Shown here: in pieces, positions 30,370 through 38,460 of the stretch
Layout: every line of letters starts with the position of its first letter
Position numbering within the stretch: position 1 is the first letter of the stretch
From: a virus
Taxonomy: Duplodnaviria; Caudoviricetes
Direction: 5' to 3' (one strand)
IMG/VR virus record: IMGVR_UViG_2667527408_000002
Span: 6,485 to 70,484 of that record
DNA: 64,000 nt
The notes under the pieces: generated by a model
Database searches by the model: none
What the model was told of the DNA's origin: nothing
What the model saw: the letters and a program-made list of their open reading frames with translations, nothing else
Position numbers and translations under genes: made by a program

Positions 30370-31086
30370 ATGAATCTGCATAAACTCATTCTGACGAACA
30401 ATGCCTGCTACAAGGCGGGCCGCACCATTACGCCGAAGGGCATCATGGTGCATTCCACCGGGGCGAACAATCCCAACCTCAAACGTTACATCGGCCCAGA
30501 TGACGGACTGCTCGGGAAAAATCAATACGGTAACCACTGGAACCAGACTACGCCGGACGGCCGTCAGGTCTGCGTCCACGGTTTTATCGGTAAGCTGGCT
30601 GACGGCTCCATCGCAACGTACCAAACCTTACCGTGGAATATGCGCGGTTGGCACTGCGGTAGCGGTGCAAAAGGCTCCGGTAACGATACACATATCGGAT
30701 TCGAAATCTGCGAGGACGGTCTGACCGATGCCTCGTATTTTTCTGCCCTCTACAAGGAAGCGGTGGAGCTTTGCGTCTATCTCTGCAAGCAGTTTAACCT
30801 CACCGAAAAGGATATCATCTGCCACTGTGAGGGTTACAAATTGGGCATCGCCAGCAATCACGGCGACGTCATGCACTGGTTTCCAAAGCACGGCAAGAGC
30901 ATGGATAGCTTCCGCGCTGAGGTAAAAGCGGGGCTTGCCTCTTCTGCTCCCGCCGAGCCGACCACGCCGAAGAAATACTACCGTGTGCAGGTCGGCGCGT
31001 ATTCCGTCAAGGCAAACGCCGATGCTATGCTCAGCAAGGTCAAGGCAGCTGGTTTCACTGACGCTTTTGTCAAGTATAGCGAGTAA
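30370..31086 (+). CDS. Endolysin: N-acetylmuramoyl-L-alanine amidase plus SPOR domain
   Basis: IMVHSTG, WHCG, IGFEICE; YYRVQVGAY..KANA. Confidence 0.92.
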   Translation: MNLHKLILTNNACYKAGRTITPKGIMVHSTGANNPNLKRYIGPDDGLLGKNQYGNHWNQTTPDGRQVCVHGFIGKLADGSIATYQTLPWNMRGWHCGSGAKGSGNDTHIGFEICEDGLTDASYFSALYKEAVELCVYLCKQFNLTEKDIICHCEGYKLGIASNHGDVMHWFPKHGKSMDSFRAEVKAGLASSAPAEPTTPKKYYRVQVGAYSVKANADAMLSKVKAAGFTDAFVKYSE

Positions 31087-31102
31087 CCATATACACATCG
31101 CA

Positions 31103-31147
31103 GTAATGCCTATTGGAGATTTTCTCTCTGGTAGGCATTATTTTTTT
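31103..31147 (+). terminator. Rho-independent terminator
   Basis: TAATGCCTA...TAGGCATTA followed by T-run. Confidence 0.8.
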
Positions 31148-31154
31148 GCTCTTT

Positions 31155-31187
31155 TTTCGTCCAAACAGCCTGAAATCTTCCAGTGAG
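31155..31187 (+). promoter_or_regulatory. Bipartite motif TTTCGTCCAAA-N12-TTCCAGTGAG, copy 2
   Basis: Matches 2643-2675. Confidence 0.6.
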
Positions 31188-31225
31188 TTGTGAGGACAGA
31201 GGTTCTTAGACTGGAGGAAAAACAC

Positions 31226-31447
31226 ATGGCCAATATTACTGGCACAATACCGGAAATCAATTATGAAAAGAAACCTGTTCCGCAGGAACAATTGCAGCGC
31301 GAAGTAGATTATGTAAGAGCACAGCGGATACTCTCTTTCATGCTTCAAAACGGACTTATTTCCTTGTCGGAATTCAACAAGATAACCTCATTAAACCGCA
31401 AATCTTTCTCACCGGCTCTGGCACAGATTATGCCCGAAATCCGTTGA
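31226..31447 (+). CDS. Small SHOCT-like protein preceding recombinases
   Basis: ML..GLIS..EFNKI; GGAGG RBS. Confidence 0.75.
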   Translation: MANITGTIPEINYEKKPVPQEQLQREVDYVRAQRILSFMLQNGLISLSEFNKITSLNRKSFSPALAQIMPEIR

Positions 31448-31497
31448 TATTACTGAACTTCAGAGGTAATATGTCACACTGACAAGGAGGTGACAAA

Positions 31498-33060
31498 TTG
31501 AAAAAGGTAACTAAAATCACTGAAAATACGTCTAATTTTACAGAGCGTCCCAAACTGCGTGTTGCGGCTTATTGCCGTGTGTCCACCGATAGTGACGATC
31601 AGCTGGTCAGTCTCGACACACAGATAAAGCATTATGAATCTTACATCAAATCAAATCCTGACTGGGATTTTGCCGGGCTTTATTATGACGAGGGCATCAC
31701 CGGTACAAAAAAGGAAAAGCGGCCGGAGCTGCTTCGCATGATTGCCGACTGTGAGAACAAGAAAATTGACTTCATTGTAACAAAGTCCATTAGCCGATTT
31801 GCAAGGAATACAACGGACTGTCTTGAACTGGTTAGAAAGCTGCTTGACCTCGGCATTTTCATTTACTTCGAGAAAGAGAATATCAACACCGGGTCAATGG
31901 AAAGTGAACTCATGCTGTCAATCCTGAGTGGACTGGCCGAAAGTGAGTCGGTCTCTATTGCGGAAAACAGCAAATGGTCGGTAAAGCGTAGGTTTCAAAA
32001 CGGGACCTTTAAGATTTCCTATCCGCCCTACGGCTACGATACTGCTGATGGAAAGCTGGTCGTGAATGAAACACAGGCAGCTGTCGTCCGTTTTATCTTT
32101 TCGGAAATTCTTTCCGGCAAGGGTACCGGCAATATTGCGAATGAGCTGAACCGCCGCGATGTGCCATCAAAAAAAGGCGGCCACTGGACGGCGACAACCA
32201 TTCGCGGGATGATCGGTAATGAAAAATACACCGGCGATGCCGTTTTTCAAAAGACCTATACCGATACACACTTCAACCGCCATTACAATTACGGCGAAAA
32301 AGACCAGTTTCTGATTAAAAACCATCATGATGCAATTATCAGCCATGAGGATTTTGATGCCGCGCAGGCTATCATCGAACAGCACGGCAAAGAAAAAGGC
32401 GTAGAAAAATATCAGGATAAGTACCAAAACCGATATCCGTTTTCAGGCAAAATCATCTGCAGTCAGTGCGGCGCCAAATTCAAGCGCCGCATCCACTCCA
32501 CCGGCAGGCATAATATCGCATGGTGCTGTACCAATCATATAGCGGACGCCAAGAAATGTTCCATGAAATACATCCCGGAGTCTCATTTTGAATATGCGTT
32601 TGTTACTATGATGAACAAGCTCATATTCGGTCATCAAACCGTTTTGAGGCCCTTGTTAATGGGCCTTCGCGGTATCAACTCCGAAGATAGTGTGGCAAAG
32701 CTGCACGCCCTCGATAAAAAGCTCGAAGAAAACGCGGAACAGCGAAAGGTGCTGGTTACTCTACAGACTCGTGGCTACCTTGAGCCTGCCGTTTACAATA
32801 AGGGAAATAATGAACTTCTTCAAGAAGCCGAGCGCATACAGCGCCAGAAGGAATCTATAGCCCGCTTCATAAACAGCGACAATATAAACCTCCATGAGGT
32901 CAGTGAACTATTGCAATACGCCACAAAGGCGACGATGCTGAAGGGCTTTGACGGCGAACTGTTTACCCGCTTTGTGGAGCGAATTCTTGTGTATTCCCGA
33001 ACAGAAATCGGGTTTGAATTAAAATGCGGCATTACGCTGAAAGAAAGGCTGGTGAGATAA
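31498..33060 (+). CDS. Large serine recombinase 1
   Basis: [28 protein letters not shown]...WCC Zn ribbon; TTG start after AAGGAGG. Confidence 0.95.
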   Translation: MKKVTKITENTSNFTERPKLRVAAYCRVSTDSDDQLVSLDTQIKHYESYIKSNPDWDFAGLYYDEGITGTKKEKRPELLRMIADCENKKIDFIVTKSISRFARNTTDCLELVRKLLDLGIFIYFEKENINTGSMESELMLSILSGLAESESVSIAENSKWSVKRRFQNGTFKISYPPYGYDTADGKLVVNETQAAVVRFIFSEILSGKGTGNIANELNRRDVPSKKGGHWTATTIRGMIGNEKYTGDAVFQKTYTDTHFNRHYNYGEKDQFLIKNHHDAIISHEDFDAAQAIIEQHGKEKGVEKYQDKYQNRYPFSGKIICSQCGAKFKRRIHSTGRHNIAWCCTNHIADAKKCSMKYIPESHFEYAFVTMMNKLIFGHQTVLRPLLMGLRGINSEDSVAKLHALDKKLEENAEQRKVLVTLQTRGYLEPAVYNKGNNELLQEAERIQRQKESIARFINSDNINLHEVSELLQYATKATMLKGFDGELFTRFVERILVYSRTEIGFELKCGITLKERLVR

Positions 33061-33492
33061 ATGAGCCACACACCCTATGGCTACCGGATTATAAACGGAA
33101 AAGCCGTGATTGATGAACAAGCCGCCGAGCAGGTAAAAAACCTGTTTCAGTCCTATCTGACCGGCGATTCATTGGCAACAGCAGCAAAGAAAGCTGATAT
33201 TAATGCCTTTCATGCAGGCATCAGCAGGATGCTCCAGAATAAGCGCTATCTTGGTGACGAATATTATCCGGCGCTTATCGACTCGGACACATTTGCGGCT
33301 GCTGAATCAGAACGTATCAGACGGGCAGAAAAACTAGGCCGAGTCCGAGAACCAAAAGTAAAAAAAGAGGTCGTCTATCCCACCTCCTTTCGCATCAGCG
33401 AAGGCACAGAACAGTTTGACGACCCATTCCAGCAGGCGGAATACGCCTACAGTCTGATAGAAACGGAGGTGAATGTAGATGGAGGTCAGTAA
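33061..33492 (+). CDS. Small recombinase-domain protein without catalytic domain
   Basis: PYGYRI..G, L.NKRYLG...YPALI. Confidence 0.8.
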   Translation: MSHTPYGYRIINGKAVIDEQAAEQVKNLFQSYLTGDSLATAAKKADINAFHAGISRMLQNKRYLGDEYYPALIDSDTFAAAESERIRRAEKLGRVREPKVKKEVVYPTSFRISEGTEQFDDPFQQAEYAYSLIETEVNVDGGQ

Positions 33493-35047
33493 GAACGTAA
33501 CCGTGATTCCGGCAAGAAAGCATACCCGAAAGAGCAAGAACGAAGAAAAGCCTAAGCTCCGAGTGGCGGCCTACTGCCGTGTTTCCACCGATAGCGACGA
33601 GCAGGCGACCAGTTATGACGCGCAGATTGAACACTACACCGCTTATATTAACGGCCACCCGGACTGGGAATTGGCTGGCATCTATGCGGACGATGGTATT
33701 TCCGGCACCAATACAAAAAAGCGTGAGGAATTCAACCGCATGATTGACGAGTGCATGGCCGGCAATATCGACATGGTCATCACGAAGTCCATCAGCCGGT
33801 TTGCCCGAAATACGCTGGACTGCTTGAAATACATCCGTCAGCTCAAGGACAAGAACATTCCTGTTTTCTTTGAAAAAGAAAATATCAACTCTATGGATTC
33901 CAAGGGCGAGGTCATGCTTACCATCATGGCGTCGCTTGCCCAGCAGGAAAGCCAATCCTTAAGTCAGAACGTTAAGCTGGGCCTGCAATACCGATACCAG
34001 CAGGGCGAAATCCAGATAAATTGTGCTCGGTTCCTCGGTTATACAAAGGATGAGAATAAGCATCTTGTAATAGTGCCGGAAGAAGCTGAAATTGTGAAAC
34101 GCATTTACCGGGAATACCTTGAAGGTGCCAGTATGCTTAAAATCGCTCGCGGTCTGGAAGCGGACGGTATTCTGAACGGAGCCGGTAAGGAAAAATGGCA
34201 TACCAGCAACGTGAACCAGATTTTGCGCAATGAAAAATACATCGGTGATGCTCTACTGCAGAAAACCTATACCGTTGACTTCCTTACGAAAAAGCGGGTT
34301 AAAAATAACGGCCTTGTTCCACAATACTATGTTGAAAACAGCCATGAAGCCATCATCCCGCGTGAAATTTTCATGCAGGTGCAGGAGGAGCTTATCCGCC
34401 GCCGAATCGTCCACACCAGCCCGAATGGAAAAAACAGAACCTTCAGCAGCAATCACTGCTTCGCTCAGATGATTATCTGCGGTAACTGCGGTGAGGTGTT
34501 CAGACGGGTTCACTGGAACAACCGTGGCAAGAAGTCCGTCGTCTGGCGGTGCGTCAGCCGCTTGGAAAACACCGGTCTGTTCTGCGATGCTCGAACGGTG
34601 CCGGAAAGCCAGATTGAGCAAGTGCTGGTTACCGCTATCAACCAAACTTTGTGCGACAAGGACAACTTCCTCGTCACCCTTCAGAACAATATCGAGACGG
34701 TCATAATCCATGAAAACGACCAGACGCTGGACGCTATTGACAAGCGGCTTGAAGAACTTCAAACCGAGCTTTTGAAGCTGGCCAGTTCCAAGGCAGATTA
34801 CGAAGATGTCGCTGACGAGATTTACCGCCTGCGCGAGGAAAAGCAGAAAGTGCAGCTCGATAACGTCGGCCGGGATGAACTGAAAAAACGCATCACCGAT
34901 ATGGGCGACTTCCTGCGAAAACAGCCCACCGCCATTACGGAATACGACGAGCCGCTTGTCCGGCGACTGATTGAAAAAGTCACCGTCTACGAGGATAAAT
35001 TCACTGTGGAATTTAAGTCGGGTGTTACGGTGGATGTGGATGAATAA
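33479..35047 (+). CDS. Large serine recombinase 2
   Basis: [28 protein letters not shown]...WRC. Confidence 0.95.
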   Translation: MEVSKNVTVIPARKHTRKSKNEEKPKLRVAAYCRVSTDSDEQATSYDAQIEHYTAYINGHPDWELAGIYADDGISGTNTKKREEFNRMIDECMAGNIDMVITKSISRFARNTLDCLKYIRQLKDKNIPVFFEKENINSMDSKGEVMLTIMASLAQQESQSLSQNVKLGLQYRYQQGEIQINCARFLGYTKDENKHLVIVPEEAEIVKRIYREYLEGASMLKIARGLEADGILNGAGKEKWHTSNVNQILRNEKYIGDALLQKTYTVDFLTKKRVKNNGLVPQYYVENSHEAIIPREIFMQVQEELIRRRIVHTSPNGKNRTFSSNHCFAQMIICGNCGEVFRRVHWNNRGKKSVVWRCVSRLENTGLFCDARTVPESQIEQVLVTAINQTLCDKDNFLVTLQNNIETVIIHENDQTLDAIDKRLEELQTELLKLASSKADYEDVADEIYRLREEKQKVQLDNVGRDELKKRITDMGDFLRKQPTAITEYDEPLVRRLIEKVTVYEDKFTVEFKSGVTVDVDE

Positions 35048-35061
35048 ACTAAAAACGAACG

Positions 35062-35095
35062 AAGCACTCTACGGAATTATAACGTAGGGTGCCTC
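35062..35095. terminator. Hairpin between convergent genes
   Basis: GCACTCTACG...CGTAGGGTGC. Confidence 0.6.
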
Positions 35096-35104
35096 GCTTT
35101 ATTA

Positions 35105-36067
35105 TTATCTTAGTTCCAAACGCTCGAAAATTCGGTAGCAAATGTATGTCAAATAAGGAGACGGCACTTTCTTCTGGCCAAAATCCCAGTCCTTTAATTT
35201 CAAATACACCGATTCAGGCGTAAAAAAGCCTTCTTTATCTTGTTTACTTTTTATATGCGCAACCATCTCAAGGAAGCGCGGGTCAATCCGTACAAACTCA
35301 TATTTGCTCAGCACTCCGGCTACGCTGACAATATCATACCAGCATGACGGTGCCTTCAGCTTGCGGAAGTCGGTACCCATATAGAACATATAAGGATGCT
35401 GACCAAGGCTGTTTTCCCACAGGCTCAGCAGCGTTTTCGCGGAGGAAACCGCAATCTGTGAATCTTTATACTCCGGTATATGCGACAGCAGATCGGCCAT
35501 AATCAGTGTCGCATACGGGCAGCAATCGTCCTTTTTACCGGGTCCTCTGAATTTGCCCAGTTCTGGGGAAACAGCGCAGGGGAAGCCGTTATCCCTACAT
35601 AGAGATACCAAATAGTCAACGCCGGGCTTGATATATTCACGATAATCCATACCCGCCTTTAGCAGAGCGAGCAAAAGCTGCGGGGCGTCGCACAGGCACC
35701 AGCTGAACACATCCTCGCCCGTACCGCCGAAATGCTTCGGGACATTGGTCATAGACTGATAGATGCCGTGCTCGTCCCGGTGCTTAAGAATTTCATCGAC
35801 GGCCGCTTTTATTTCGGGAACTTCCATGCCGAATCCGATATCCAGCAGAAACAGCAGCTTGTGTATCGGCAGCTCGGGGTTTTTATGGTTTGTTACCAGC
35901 GTACCGTGAAATGCCGAAACGTCCTCAAGGTACTTTTTGATACGGCTATCCGCCAGCGCAGCGTTTCTGAGCTCAACGAGAGCGTCCTCTGAGTCGTTGC
36001 ATAAATTATGATGAATCGCGTATTTAAGCCAGCCTTCGCTGCGCTCCAAGAGCTTTTGATATTCCAT
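35105..36067 (-). CDS. Cargo hypothetical protein, possibly prenyltransferase-like alpha/alpha barrel
   Basis: 320-aa ORF; QW-like units (RDEHG, RDNGF, KQDKEGFF). Confidence 0.55.
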   Translation of the reverse strand: MEYQKLLERSEGWLKYAIHHNLCNDSEDALVELRNAALADSRIKKYLEDVSAFHGTLVTNHKNPELPIHKLLFLLDIGFGMEVPEIKAAVDEILKHRDEHGIYQSMTNVPKHFGGTGEDVFSWCLCDAPQLLLALLKAGMDYREYIKPGVDYLVSLCRDNGFPCAVSPELGKFRGPGKKDDCCPYATLIMADLLSHIPEYKDSQIAVSSAKTLLSLWENSLGQHPYMFYMGTDFRKLKAPSCWYDIVSVAGVLSKYEFVRIDPRFLEMVAHIKSKQDKEGFFTPESVYLKLKDWDFGQKKVPSPYLTYICYRIFERLELR

Positions 36068-36099
36068 ACTGCAATCACCTACTTTTCACCAAACTCAAG

Positions 36100-36588
36100 T
36101 TATTCCATGGCCAGTCCTTTATCAATAGCTTCCTGAATAATTTTATGGCAGCAAACGCCAAGCGGATTATTCTCTTTGCAATTGGAGTTTTTCATCGCTC
36201 CGGTAATGGCGTTCACTTCCTTAACCGTTTTTGCTCCATGCTTTACAACTGCTTCTATTATCTGTTCTTCAGTTACTTTACTGCAATAGCATGCATACTT
36301 AGGATTTGCATCTTTTTTGAACCAAATGGGAACACTGACCTGGTCTTTTAAGAATGTCGTTCCATTGTCCAAGTTATAGTAAACCACTTCGCAATCTTCA
36401 TTCATGCAGATCTTGTAGCAATCTCCTGCTATATCTTTGCGATGGCTTTCTGCCACCAGATGTTCAACGGTTACCTTGCCTACAGATATTCCCTCACTAT
36501 TGCAGACGGGGCACTTATTTGCCTTGGCCATATCTGTCACTTTTGTGTTGCATCCACAACAGCAGTCATTATTTAAATTCATATCCAA
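36100..36588 (-). CDS. Cys-rich CopZ-N zinc-binding plus BFD-like [2Fe-2S] protein
   Basis: CPVC, C...DCEVVYY, CYC, C...NPLGVCC. Confidence 0.8.
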   Translation of the reverse strand: MDMNLNNDCCCGCNTKVTDMAKANKCPVCNSEGISVGKVTVEHLVAESHRKDIAGDCYKICMNEDCEVVYYNLDNGTTFLKDQVSVPIWFKKDANPKYACYCSKVTEEQIIEAVVKHGAKTVKEVNAITGAMKNSNCKENNPLGVCCHKIIQEAIDKGLAME

Positions 36589-36617
36589 AACCTCCGTTTA
36601 CTGAGATTGATTTGCGT

Positions 36618-36733
36618 ATCTAATCTGACCACACAACCTTGACATTTTCAAAAAACATCTAAACCGACCACTCACGAACCCATGTTATCTAAATCGACCA
36701 CTCGTCAAACACCGACATCTAAATCGCTCTCTC
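36618..36733. repeat. Four ATCTAA(A)TCGACCAC-like repeats, three at exact 30-bp period
   Basis: Copies start at 36618, 36657, 36687 and 36717. Confidence 0.85.
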
Positions 36734-36851
36734 GCACTCGAAAATGCCCGCTTTGACTTGTTTCCTCGAAGCGATAAATTTGCGATTTTAGCACGTCGGA
36801 TTTTTACACCCAAACTCCGAAAAGCCCAGTGCTACTGAACTTTTTATGCAC

Positions 36852-36893
36852 TTACTTATCAACCCTTGTTATCAATACAACTGTCTCAACGTG
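36852..36893 (-). pseudogene. rlmD: Displaced 3' end of 23S rRNA m5U methyltransferase gene (att junction)
   Basis: CAC GTT GAG ACA GTT GTA TTG...TAA = HVETVVLITRVDK*. Confidence 0.8.
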
Positions 36894-36941
36894 GAACGAT
36901 AGCATCAGATTGATGTCGGGTATGTATTTCTCGTTTTGCGC

Positions 36942-37035
36942 GTTCGCGGGGATAGGTCAGGTATGGTTTTAATTGGTTATTTCTGTTCGCGGGAACAGGT
37001 CAACAGTTTTTGTCGATTCGCGGGAATAAGTCAAT
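36942..37035 (-). repeat. Three ~20-bp repeats resembling the rlmD 'DLFPRT' codons
   Basis: Minus strand CTGACCTATCCCCGCGAAC, GTTGACCTGTTCCCGCGAAC, ATTGACTTATTCCCGCGAAT. Confidence 0.8.
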
Positions 37036-37039
37036 ATAT

Positions 37040-37060
37040 GTTCAAATCCCGCCGACTCCA
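37040..37060 (+). other. tmRNA/tRNA-Ala-like 3' fragment (att remnant)
   Basis: TTCAAAT T-loop, CCCGC stem half, CGACTCC-A acceptor half; no 5' half. Confidence 0.55.
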
Positions 37061-37135
37061 ACACCTTCGCACCGCATAGAGGGATGCAAAGATACGATGG
37101 GTCTGTCAATAGTCTGTCACTAGGTCACAATCATA

Positions 37136-38251
37136 TTACTTCAATATTTTTATCAATGTAGCTACGATGGCATCAACATCATCAGCAGTGTTATTCTTTC
37201 CAAGAGATATTCGAATTGTACCCTTTGCATGTTTCTCATCCAAGCCGATAGCCTTAAGCACATGTGATATTTCTGTGCTCTCACTATTACATGCAGACCC
37301 TGTGGATATGCAAATACCAGCTAAGTCCATGCGATGAAGAATTGCTTCGCCGTCAGCACCAGCAAAGGACAAACTAATCAATCCGGGAAGCGTTTTATCT
37401 CCACCATTGCGTATATACGAGATATGCGCATCGGAGAGCATACTAAGCAGCTGATGTTCCAGCATATAGATGCTTGTCAAATGATCATCCAAACAATCAC
37501 AATTTTCCTTCAGTGCAACTGCCATTCCTACAATGGATGCAACATTCTCTGTGCCAGCTCGACGCGAGTTTTCCTGTGCACCCCCATCAATATATGGAGC
37601 AATTTCTGTTCCTTTGCGTATGTAGAGGAACCCAACACCCTTAGGGCCGTTAAACTTATGCGCAGATGCCGACAGCATATCGACACCGAGTTCTCGGACA
37701 TCGATTTTTATATGACCGACGGCTTGTACAGCATCCGTATGAAACAGCGCACCATATGAGTGAGCTACTTCACAGAGTTCTTTAATCGGTTGAATTGTAC
37801 CAATCTCGTTATTTGCAAGCATTATCGACACGAGTCGTGTGGAATCACAAATCTTATTGCTCAGTGATTCAGGCGTGATGATGCCAGTCACTGCCGGCAT
37901 AAGATAGGTAACGGGGTATCCGAGTCTCTCAATTACGGCGCATGAATGTAGCACAGCATGATGCTCAAATGCAGATGTTATCGTAGCTCGCTTATTGGAG
38001 TCAGCGAAAGCCGATCCTTTGATTGCCCAGTTGTCGCTTTCAGTGCCACCGGAAGTAAAGATAATCTCCTCTGGCTGCGCATTAATACATTCAGCAATAA
38101 TAGCCCTTGCTTCTATGAGGGCTTTTTTAGATTTCCTTGAAAAAGAATAGGGCTGTGATGCGTTACCGTATTCATCGATCAGCCACGGCGTCATCGCTTC
38201 AAAGGCAGTTTTATTTAGTTGTGTTGTTGCCGCGTTATCGGCATAAATCAT
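37136..38251 (-). CDS. Cysteine desulfurase (IscS/DndA-like)
   Basis: YADNAATT, FTSGGTESDN, HTDAVQ, SAHKF, STGSAC. Confidence 0.95.
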   Translation of the reverse strand: MIYADNAATTQLNKTAFEAMTPWLIDEYGNASQPYSFSRKSKKALIEARAIIAECINAQPEEIIFTSGGTESDNWAIKGSAFADSNKRATITSAFEHHAVLHSCAVIERLGYPVTYLMPAVTGIITPESLSNKICDSTRLVSIMLANNEIGTIQPIKELCEVAHSYGALFHTDAVQAVGHIKIDVRELGVDMLSASAHKFNGPKGVGFLYIRKGTEIAPYIDGGAQENSRRAGTENVASIVGMAVALKENCDCLDDHLTSIYMLEHQLLSMLSDAHISYIRNGGDKTLPGLISLSFAGADGEAILHRMDLAGICISTGSACNSESTEISHVLKAIGLDEKHAKGTIRISLGKNNTADDVDAIVATLIKILK

Positions 38252-38262
38252 CAATGACCACC

Positions 38263-38460
38263 TCACTTGAAAAGCGTACAGCCTTCATCTTTGAAATCTT
38301 GGATTTTATCAAAAAGTTCCTGCACCGTACAGCCAAGATATGCAGCCAAACACTCCATACAATAATAATTGGTTATATCTATACCCAAGAGTTTTTTATT
38401 TATCCCAATTGCGTCCTTATCGAGATCCTCTTTACCACAAATGACACAATTAATCCTCAT
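38263..38460 (-). CDS. Small Cys-rich (Zn-finger-like) protein
   Basis: CVIC...CMEC...GC...GCTLF; overlaps brxL stop. Confidence 0.75.
   Translation of the reverse strand: MRINCVICGKEDLDKDAIGINKKLLGIDITNYYCMECLAAYLGCTVQELFDKIQDFKDEGCTLFK

Larger units (their letters stand above)
1..36893 (+). mobile_element. Prophage element 1 (siphovirus-like, serine-recombinase type, rlmD/rumA-targeting); left end outside window
   Basis: Contiguous replication, packaging, head, tail, lysis and recombinase genes on + strand; ends at rlmD 3' fragment. Confidence 0.9.

Noticed and set aside
36618-37035. Possible CRISPR mini-arrays
   Set aside because: Repeats are only 17-20 bp and degenerate, spacers are 11-23 bp, and no cas genes are present; att-associated sites explain them better
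37016-37065. Complete tRNA or tmRNA gene
   Set aside because: Only the 3' T-loop and acceptor half is present; no 5' T-stem, D arm or anticodon arm
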